Source: Firmicutes bacterium HGW-Firmicutes-4
GTDB taxonomy: Bacteria > Bacillota > Clostridia > Eubacteriales > Eubacteriaceae
Reading direction: 5' to 3'
DNA length: 24,000 nt
Assembly (NCBI GenBank): GCA_002841405.1
Contig: PGZR01000022.1
Span: 684-24,683, forward strand
The position numbers and the translations under genes are program-made. Below, piece after piece: positions 14,992-22,090 of the stretch. The notes under the pieces were generated by a model. That model did no database searches. It worked only from the letters and a program-made list of their open reading frames with translations, and had not been told where the DNA came from. The stretch's first letter is position 1. Each line of letters starts with the position of its first letter.

Positions 14992-16662
14992 ATGAAGATA
15001 AAATTTTTAGGAGCGGCGCTGTCCGTTACCGGTTCCTGCCACCTGGTGACTGCAGATCACAGTAAATTCCTCCTGGACTGCGGTTTATTTCAGGGCAGTG
15101 AAGCCCTGGAAGAATTAAACTATCAGGTGTTTGATTTCAACCCGGCGGAGATAGATTTTGTGATTTTAAGTCATGCTCATGTGGATCATTGCGGGCGCAT
15201 TCCCTTACTTGTCAAGCAGGGGTTCAAAGGAAAGATTTACTGTACCGGGGCAACCGCTGAAATAGCTGACATCATGCTTCAGGACAGTGGCAACATTCAC
15301 GAAATGGATGCGAAGTGGATTAACAAACGTACCACTCGTTCGGGACAGCGGCAGGTTGACCCGCTTTACACCCAGGAAGATGCCGCCCGCTGTGCCCAAT
15401 ATTTTTTTCCGGTGGCATATGGACAAATTTTTGAGATCAATTCTCAGATCAAGATCCGGCTAAATGAAGCCGGTCATATATTAGGGGCAGCAATAGTTGA
15501 GATTTGGGCTCAGGATGGTGGAAAAACCACGAAGCTTGTTTACTCAGGCGATATCGGCGCAAGCAATCAGCGGATGCTTAATGATCCGACCCTGATTGCA
15601 GCGGCTGATTATCTGATTATGGAAACGACCTATGGGGATCGTGCTCATGAAACCCAACAGGAAAGTGGAAAGCGTTTTATGGACATCATTTTTAAAACCG
15701 TTGCTCGGGGCGGCACCGTGGTAGCACCTGCTTTTGCTCTGGGTCGAACCCAGGATTTGATCCATGTGCTGGAAGTGTTTTATGATAACCATGAACTGTA
15801 CCAAAATCAGCTTGATAAAGTAAAAGTTTATGTTGACAGTCCACTGGCTACCGACGCCACCGAAATTTTTCGCAAAAATGCCCATTATTTTAATGACTAT
15901 ATAAAAGAGCGGATCAAAAAAGGTGATGAGCTTTTTTACTTCAGAAATTTGAATTTCACCAAGAGTATTGATCAATCCAAGGCCTTAAATGATAATCCAG
16001 AACCCAAAGTTATTATTTCTTCCAGTGGCATGGCTGATGCTGGCCGGGTTCAACATCATCTCAAGCACTATCTCTGGAAACCAAAATCCAGCATTGTTTT
16101 TGCTGGCTATCAGGCAGAGGGCACCACTGGACGGGCGATAACCAGCGGCGAAAAATATGTCCGGATCCTCCGGGAACGGATTCGTGTGAATGCGGAAATC
16201 TATTTTCTTGAGGGGTTCTCTGCTCATGCTGACAAAAATGATCTGCTCAAATGGCTGTCCGGGTTTAAAGAAAAGCCAAAGAAAATATTTCTGGTTCATG
16301 GGGAAGAAGAACCTAAAAAAATATTTGCTGAAACAGTCAAAAATATTCTCGGGTATGATTGTACAGTCGTGGAAGATGTATCCGAATATGTTCTTGGAGA
16401 AGCTGAAGAAGTTGTTTGTGATGGTATAAAAAGTCAGATTGATGCAAAGAAACAAATGATTCAAATAAAAACCAATTTACAAGATATGTATGATGAGCTG
16501 GACTCACTTTTATCTAAACCAGGTATAAATACAAAAGAAATACTTACACAAGAGAAAATTGAAGATATTTCCAATCTTTCAAATGACCTTGAAAAGATTC
16601 TGACGAAATTTAAATCAGTGGTTGGCGAAGAAGATTTGCAACAAGATGAGAAAACGGTTTGA
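14992..16662 (+). CDS. MBL-fold beta-CASP family hydrolase (COG1236 / RNase J-CPSF-like putative RNA-processing nuclease)
   Basis: ORF track starts at 14911. I prefer the ATG at 14992 (MKIKFLGAA) with GGAGAAAG upstream. Motifs LLDCG, SHAHVDHCG (HxHxDH), EAGHILGAA, YSGDIG, ETTYG and GFSAHAD. An acidic helical tail of roughly 85 aa follows the catalytic core. Confidence 0.88.
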   Translation: MKIKFLGAALSVTGSCHLVTADHSKFLLDCGLFQGSEALEELNYQVFDFNPAEIDFVILSHAHVDHCGRIPLLVKQGFKGKIYCTGATAEIADIMLQDSGNIHEMDAKWINKRTTRSGQRQVDPLYTQEDAARCAQYFFPVAYGQIFEINSQIKIRLNEAGHILGAAIVEIWAQDGGKTTKLVYSGDIGASNQRMLNDPTLIAAADYLIMETTYGDRAHETQQESGKRFMDIIFKTVARGGTVVAPAFALGRTQDLIHVLEVFYDNHELYQNQLDKVKVYVDSPLATDATEIFRKNAHYFNDYIKERIKKGDELFYFRNLNFTKSIDQSKALNDNPEPKVIISSSGMADAGRVQHHLKHYLWKPKSSIVFAGYQAEGTTGRAITSGEKYVRILRERIRVNAEIYFLEGFSAHADKNDLLKWLSGFKEKPKKIFLVHGEEEPKKIFAETVKNILGYDCTVVEDVSEYVLGEAEEVVCDGIKSQIDAKKQMIQIKTNLQDMYDELDSLLSKPGINTKEILTQEKIEDISNLSNDLEKILTKFKSVVGEEDLQQDEKTV

Positions 16663-16721
16663 TAATCGGGTAAAGATCACTTTTGCAAACAAATAATTAA
16701 AAAAAACTCAGGAGGGTTATG

Positions 16722-17522
16722 ATGAAAAAAAAGTATCAGGAAGCAGATGACAAATTAAAGGCTCAAATTCTTGACCAGATACCAGCTCCAGTCATGGCAG
16801 TTAATAAAGAACTGATAGTGATATATATGAATGAGGCTGGCAAAAAATTAATAAAAAGAAGTGCAGAGGATATTATTGGAATTGCCTGCAAAGATATAAT
16901 CTGCACCGATCAGTGTGGAACTGACGATTGTGCCATGCTAAAAGCGATGAAGTCAGGGAAGACCTATGCTTCCCGAACCGAAGCAACCTTAGGTGGACAA
17001 ACGATTCCTTTAGAATTTTCAGCAGTACCTCTCGTTGATGACAGCGGAGAGATCATTGGTGGCCTTGAATTTGTCTTGGACATCACAGAGCGGGTACTAT
17101 ATGAGAATCGGCTCAAAGAACAAAACCATACAATCAGGGAAATGTCTACACCGACAATTAAGTTATGGGAAGGTGTTATGGTTTTGCCGGTTGTCGGTGT
17201 TGTTGACTCAATGAGAGCTCAGCATATGATGGAAAGTATGTTGACAAAAATCGCTGAAACTTATGCAAAAGTAATTATTTTGGATATTCACGGTGTTGCA
17301 GCCGTGGATACGGCTGTAGCGAATCATTTGATTAAAATAACTAAAGCAACTAAACTGATGGGGTGCGATTGTATTCTGTCAGGAATTTCACCTGCCGTGG
17401 CTCAAACAATCATCCAATTAGGGATTGACATGGAAGCGATCAACACCCGGGCAACACTCAGTGATGCTTTGACCGAAGCATTTTTAATGTTGAATCTGGA
17501 AGTGAATAAGAAAAAACAGTGA
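16722..17522 (+). CDS. rsbR: RsbR-like stressosome sensor protein: N-terminal Cys-rich PAS plus C-terminal STAS
   Basis: Tandem ATGs at 16719 and 16722; AGGAGG at 16710-16715 favours 16722. PAS-like aa ~15-125 carries C57-x4-C62-x3-C66-x4-C71 (numbered from 16719). The STAS block STPTIKLWEGVMVLPVVGVVDSMRAQ ... DIHGVAAVDTAVANHL ... LSGISPAVAQTIIQLGID follows the RsbR pattern, including the DT phospho-acceptor position. Confidence 0.85.
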   Translation: MKKKYQEADDKLKAQILDQIPAPVMAVNKELIVIYMNEAGKKLIKRSAEDIIGIACKDIICTDQCGTDDCAMLKAMKSGKTYASRTEATLGGQTIPLEFSAVPLVDDSGEIIGGLEFVLDITERVLYENRLKEQNHTIREMSTPTIKLWEGVMVLPVVGVVDSMRAQHMMESMLTKIAETYAKVIILDIHGVAAVDTAVANHLIKITKATKLMGCDCILSGISPAVAQTIIQLGIDMEAINTRATLSDALTEAFLMLNLEVNKKKQ

Positions 17523-17555
17523 AATAATATTTTTGATGGGAATAGGTTGAAAGTA

Positions 17556-17912
17556 ATGGGAGAAGACTATAATACATCCGTAACCGTGATAAAAAATAAC
17601 CTGATTGTGGCACTTCCAGCAGAAATGACGGATTCGTGTATTCAAAACATTGAAAAAATAATTATTGAGAAAACTTATCAGAAGAATATTCAGGGAGTGC
17701 TTCTTAATTTTTCAATGGTGTCTGTTATGGATACATATACATACCAGGCCTTTGAACACATTACGAGGGTTTTTTCATTGATGGGGATTCAGACAATTTG
17801 GGTAGGTTTAAATCCCGGGGTGATTTTTGGTTTAATTGACTTGGACGTTGCGATTAATACAAAAATAAAAATGGCAATTAATCTTGAGATTGGATTAACA
17901 TTGCTAAATTAG
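17556..17912 (+). CDS. rsbS: RsbS-like single-domain STAS protein (stressosome scaffold / antagonist)
   Basis: About 118 aa from the ATG at 17556; the ORF track uses TTG at 17547. Single STAS domain. VSVMDTYTYQA aligns with the Bacillus RsbS VDMIDSFIAK region, so the phospho-acceptor is Thr rather than Ser. GLNPGVIFGLIDL matches the GIxPxVA helix. Confidence 0.78.
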   Translation: MGEDYNTSVTVIKNNLIVALPAEMTDSCIQNIEKIIIEKTYQKNIQGVLLNFSMVSVMDTYTYQAFEHITRVFSLMGIQTIWVGLNPGVIFGLIDLDVAINTKIKMAINLEIGLTLLN

Positions 17913-17917
17913 AGCAA

Positions 17918-18412
17918 ATGCTAAAACTGGTTAAAATGATGAAAATAGCTGATGTGCGATTAACAAAAGAAATTAGTGATAGAGTTAGGGTTAGAGAAAC
18001 AAAAAAAATAGACCTTGTTTTTAGCCACGATAATGAAAATGTGGTGTATTCTGTTCGTAGTATCGCTAAAAAAGTTGGATTTCGCTTAACGGATGAGGTG
18101 TTAATAGCAGTAGCTGCTTCGGAACTATCGACAAATATCTTGCGGTATGCTGGAAGAGGCATGATAGAAGTAAGTATTGTTACAGATGAAGCTAGCCAGG
18201 TCAATGGGATCGAACTGTTTGCAAGTGACAAAGGACCGGGCATCAATGATATTGAACAGGCACTAAAGGAAAACTACAGCTCACAGGCAAATAGCTTGGG
18301 ACAAGGTCTTCCGAGTGTGCAGCGAATCATGGACGAGTTTTATATCGAATCGGTTTCAGGCAAAGGAACACGAGTGTTGACACGTAAATGGGTGGATTAT
18401 GGAGAAAATTGA
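17918..18412 (+). CDS. rsbT: RsbT-like serine/threonine kinase (GHKL anti-sigma-regulatory-factor family)
   Basis: 164-aa ORF starting 5 nt after rsbS. N-box ASELSTNILRYAG, G1 SDKGPGI, G2 LGQGLPSVQRIMD ... GKGTRV. The N-terminus is about 20 aa longer than I recall for Bacillus RsbT, so the start is uncertain. Confidence 0.85.
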   Translation: MLKLVKMMKIADVRLTKEISDRVRVRETKKIDLVFSHDNENVVYSVRSIAKKVGFRLTDEVLIAVAASELSTNILRYAGRGMIEVSIVTDEASQVNGIELFASDKGPGINDIEQALKENYSSQANSLGQGLPSVQRIMDEFYIESVSGKGTRVLTRKWVDYGEN

Positions 18413-18986
18413 ATATGCAATGATACTCCGAGCACTACTGTGGGATGTTTCAGAATGCGGTGATCTCGGATATATTAGAGAATATGATAATAAGTGCTTT
18501 GTCTGTTTGATTGACATCCTTGGTCATGGCAAAAATGCAAGAAGTATTGCGGTCGAAGCAGAAAAATATCTTGAAGCCAATTATCAACGCAACCTCGTTG
18601 ATATTATGAACGGTCTCCATAAACATTTATATGGTAGTAGAGGTGGAGTTGTCCTAATGTGTCGCCTGGATATACCTGCTGGGAAACTTCAGTATACTGG
18701 AATTGGAAATGTCACTGGAAGAGTAATTGGTTTCAATCAACATCGGATGCTTTCAAAAGATGGAATTGTGGGATTTGGAAGCATTAGTCCAATTATTCGA
18801 GAATGTGATTTTTCTGATCACGATCTTCTGATTCTCTATTCTGATGGTATTAAAGAGCACTTCAATTTGCTTGAACATTTGCCATTATTTACCGGCGACA
18901 CGGAATCAATCGTAAGTGGTGTTCTTAAAGAATTTGGCAAAAAAACTGATGATGCTTGCTGTATAGCGTTAAAGTATATTAAATAA
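18399..18986 (+). CDS. rsbX: RsbX-like PP2C/SpoIIE-family protein phosphatase
   Basis: 195-aa ORF overlapping rsbT by 14 nt. Motifs CGDLGYI, CLIDILGHG, LYSDGI and DDACCIAL are typical of small SpoIIE/PP2C feedback phosphatases. Confidence 0.8.
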   Translation: MEKIEYAMILRALLWDVSECGDLGYIREYDNKCFVCLIDILGHGKNARSIAVEAEKYLEANYQRNLVDIMNGLHKHLYGSRGGVVLMCRLDIPAGKLQYTGIGNVTGRVIGFNQHRMLSKDGIVGFGSISPIIRECDFSDHDLLILYSDGIKEHFNLLEHLPLFTGDTESIVSGVLKEFGKKTDDACCIALKYIK

Positions 18987-19007
18987 AAGCGGAATCGAGG
19001 TAGAACA

Positions 19008-22000
19008 ATGATCGAATTGGGTCATACAAGGGTCGATAGCAATATTTCTTTGATCGAAGCAAGAAAAAAAGCAAGACATGTTGCTTTAAAATTAGGTTGT
19101 TCCGAAATTAAGGCAGCCCGAATTGAAGCGGTTTTATCAGAAATGATTCGGCAGTTGCTTAATGATACAAATACGGTTGACTGCATCGTTTCAGTCATAA
19201 AAAACCAAGATAAAGAAGGAATTAATATCGCATATGATAACCTGGAGGTACCGTTTAGATTGAATTGTGCTGAAAAATATGTAAATCTGTTTGAAATTCA
19301 CGAAAAGCCGGATGGAAAATACTTGGCAAATGTCTTTTTCCCATTCATAACAGTCGAACCAGATTTTTGTGAGACCCTCGTCGAAGAAATTCGTATTGAA
19401 ATTGAGTCACCGACTAGAGCAGAGTTACTCAAAGAAATTGAGGAAAAGAACAAAGAATTGGCGCGCAGCAGAGAGTTTATCGAATCAGTTCTGGAAAATT
19501 TACAGGCTGCAGTTTATGCAAAAGATTTAAATGGAAAATATACATATATTAACAAACAATGGGAAGCGGTAACGGGCATTGATCGGGATTCCTGCATCGG
19601 AAAAACGGCGATGGACATATTCAGACCAGATCTTGGCGAAGCTTATGAAGAAAATGATCTCAATGTTATTAAATCAAAGAAAATTCAGATAATCGAAGAA
19701 CACTCTAATCGGGAAGAAAACACACAAACCTATTTATCCACAAAAGTACCGATGAAACAGAATGATGAGATTATCGGACTCTGTAGTATTTCTACAGATA
19801 TCACTCAACGAAAAACTATGGAAGAAGAGCTGTACAAAGCAAAAAAAAACGCTGAAGAGGCGGCCAAGTCGAAGTCCGAATTTTTGGCAAATATGAGCCA
19901 TGAAATACGAACACCCATGAATGCCATACTGGGAATGAGTTATTTAATGGAGAAAACTGATCTGTCCGAAAAGCAGAAAGACTATCTTGGAAAAATACGG
20001 TTGTCGGGGCAGCATTTGCTGGGTGTTATTAATGATATCCTGGACTTTTCAAAAATTGAGGCAGGGAAACTGGATATAGAATGCATTGATTTTAAATTAT
20101 ATGAGGTTCTGGATAATTTGTCCAACTGTATTAGTGAAAAATGTATGTCAAAAGGTTTGGAACTTGTCTTTGATGTTAATTCGAATGTTCCTAACGAACT
20201 ATGTGGCGATCCGCTGCGAATTGGACAAATCCTGATTAACTATGTCAACAATGCCATAAAATTCACGGAACAAGGAGAAATTATTGTCAGAATAAGGAAA
20301 GAAGAAACATTAGCCCAAGGATTTTTGTTGAAATTTGAAGTTCAGGATACCGGAATCGGGTTAACTACAGATCAGAAATCTAAGTTATTCCAGTCTTTTC
20401 AACAGGCCGATACCTCTACTACACGAAAATACGGTGGAACGGGATTGGGACTGGCTATTTCAAAAGATCTGGCGGAATTAATGGGTGGCGAAGTTGGTGT
20501 GGAATCAGAATATGGTAGAGGCAGTAATTTTTGGTTTACGACCCATTTTCGCGTCTCCGGCAAATCAGAGCAATCAATTATCTCAAATGAAGGTTTGGAA
20601 AATTTACATGTATTGGTAGTCGATGATAATAATCAGGCCCGAATGATCCTATCGGAGATGTTAAACTCCATGAAAATTCGGGTTGATGAAGCAGGTTCTG
20701 GTGTGAGTGCCATCGAAATGGTTCAAATGGAAGATTTGCGGCAAGATCCCTACGAAATTGTTTTCGTTGATATGCAGATGCCTAATTTAAATGGCGTTCA
20801 AACCGTTGAACAATTAAGTCAGATCAAACTGAAAAGCCCACCCAAATATGTGATGGTCACCGCTTTTGGAAGAGAAGAAGTATTTTGTAAAGCGGAACGG
20901 GCGGGATTTGAACTGGTTATGGTCAAACCGGTTAATCTATGGGTACTGTACGAAACGATGATTAGAATTCTTGAAAAAAACCGACTGAAAGATACTGTCG
21001 AAAGAAAAGAAGTGGAGACGGACGGTCAAAGGAAAATTTTACAAGCAATTTCCGGGGCTAGAATTTTGTTGGTGGAAGATAATGAGTTGAACCAGATGGT
21101 TGCACTTGAACTACTTCAAGAAGCCGGACTGATTGTAGATGTGGCAGAAAATGGTCAGATTGCCGTAGAAATGGTGGCTGAAAATGAATATGATCTGGTT
21201 CTGATGGATATGCAGATGCCAGTACTGGATGGGCTTGAAGCGACCAGGCGGATTCGTTCAGATAGCCGATTTACAGAACTGCGAATTATTGCGATGACTG
21301 CCAATGCAATGGCCAGTGATCGCGAACGTTGTATCGCTGCCGGAATGAATGATCATTTACCTAAACCGATTGAGCCGAATCATTTGTTTGAAATACTGGC
21401 GCATTGGATACCGCCAACAACTATTTGCTCAGATGACTGTATCCACGATACTGAGGATGAGATTTATCGAGAAGCGGAATTAAACATCAGAATCAGTGGT
21501 CTGGACGTTGAATTGGGTTTACGGCGGGTTCTCGGTAAGAAAAAATCGTATCTAAATTTACTGAGAAAATTTATTGCCGGACAACCGAGTTTCATTACAG
21601 ATCTGGATCAGGCAGTCAGCAATGGCGATTATACCACCGCTGAAAGGCTTGTACATACATTAAAAGGGGTATCTGGGAATATTGGGGCAATGGAAATAAG
21701 AGAAACGGCAACGATGCTTGAGACCGCAATCCGTGAACAACCAAGTATGGATACATTAAGGCCGCTCATTACAAACCTAGCTATTCAGTTAAAAAAGCTA
21801 ACTGAATCATTAGAAACGGCGTTGCCAAAAGAAAAAAAAGCTGTTGACAACAGTGATACTGTTTCCACGAAGATTGAACTAATACGATTTTTAGAAGAAC
21901 TTATGCCGGGGATTCAAACACGGAAACCAAAAAAATGTCTGGATGTTCTCGAAACTTATCGTAAATTTTTATGGCCAGATGAAATCGAAATCGAAGTCGC

Positions 22001-22088
22001 TGAGATCTATCGACTTGTTTCCAAATATCGATATAAGGAAGCCGCTGAACGCGTAAATTCCTTATTAATCAAATTAAGTGAGGTTTGA
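19008..22088 (+). CDS. Hybrid sensor histidine kinase: unassigned N-terminal domain, coiled coil, PAS, HisKA, HATPase_c, REC, REC, Hpt, helical tail
   Basis: 1026-aa ORF with GAGG Shine-Dalgarno at 18997-19000. H-box SHEIRTPMNAILG (H298), N-box NYVNNAIKFT, G1 DTGIGL, G2 GGTGLGLAIS. REC1 has VVDDN, VFVDMQMP (D588), VTAF and VKPV. REC2 has LVEDN, LVLMDMQMP (D734), MTAN and PKPI. Hpt has VHTLKGVSGNIGA (H883). Confidence 0.93.
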   Translation: MIELGHTRVDSNISLIEARKKARHVALKLGCSEIKAARIEAVLSEMIRQLLNDTNTVDCIVSVIKNQDKEGINIAYDNLEVPFRLNCAEKYVNLFEIHEKPDGKYLANVFFPFITVEPDFCETLVEEIRIEIESPTRAELLKEIEEKNKELARSREFIESVLENLQAAVYAKDLNGKYTYINKQWEAVTGIDRDSCIGKTAMDIFRPDLGEAYEENDLNVIKSKKIQIIEEHSNREENTQTYLSTKVPMKQNDEIIGLCSISTDITQRKTMEEELYKAKKNAEEAAKSKSEFLANMSHEIRTPMNAILGMSYLMEKTDLSEKQKDYLGKIRLSGQHLLGVINDILDFSKIEAGKLDIECIDFKLYEVLDNLSNCISEKCMSKGLELVFDVNSNVPNELCGDPLRIGQILINYVNNAIKFTEQGEIIVRIRKEETLAQGFLLKFEVQDTGIGLTTDQKSKLFQSFQQADTSTTRKYGGTGLGLAISKDLAELMGGEVGVESEYGRGSNFWFTTHFRVSGKSEQSIISNEGLENLHVLVVDDNNQARMILSEMLNSMKIRVDEAGSGVSAIEMVQMEDLRQDPYEIVFVDMQMPNLNGVQTVEQLSQIKLKSPPKYVMVTAFGREEVFCKAERAGFELVMVKPVNLWVLYETMIRILEKNRLKDTVERKEVETDGQRKILQAISGARILLVEDNELNQMVALELLQEAGLIVDVAENGQIAVEMVAENEYDLVLMDMQMPVLDGLEATRRIRSDSRFTELRIIAMTANAMASDRERCIAAGMNDHLPKPIEPNHLFEILAHWIPPTTICSDDCIHDTEDEIYREAELNIRISGLDVELGLRRVLGKKKSYLNLLRKFIAGQPSFITDLDQAVSNGDYTTAERLVHTLKGVSGNIGAMEIRETATMLETAIREQPSMDTLRPLITNLAIQLKKLTESLETALPKEKKAVDNSDTVSTKIELIRFLEELMPGIQTRKPKKCLDVLETYRKFLWPDEIEIEVAEIYRLVSKYRYKEAAERVNSLLIKLSEV

Positions 22089-22090
22089 TT

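Noticed and set aside
13424-16662. DUF815 ATPase plus beta-CASP nuclease as a two-gene ATPase-nuclease defence-like module
   Set aside because: A strong terminator (14789-14826) and about 250 nt of intergenic DNA separate them. The nuclease-like gene instead runs into the stressosome genes. Nothing else here resembles a defence island (no mobile-element or restriction genes).
17878-18246. 122-aa minus-strand ORF antisense to rsbT, with similar antisense ORFs at 8482-8769, 12819-13202, 15544-15975 and 15985-16464
   Set aside because: Each is fully embedded opposite a strongly supported gene. They have low-complexity or odd composition and no ribosome-binding sites. They are shadow ORFs.
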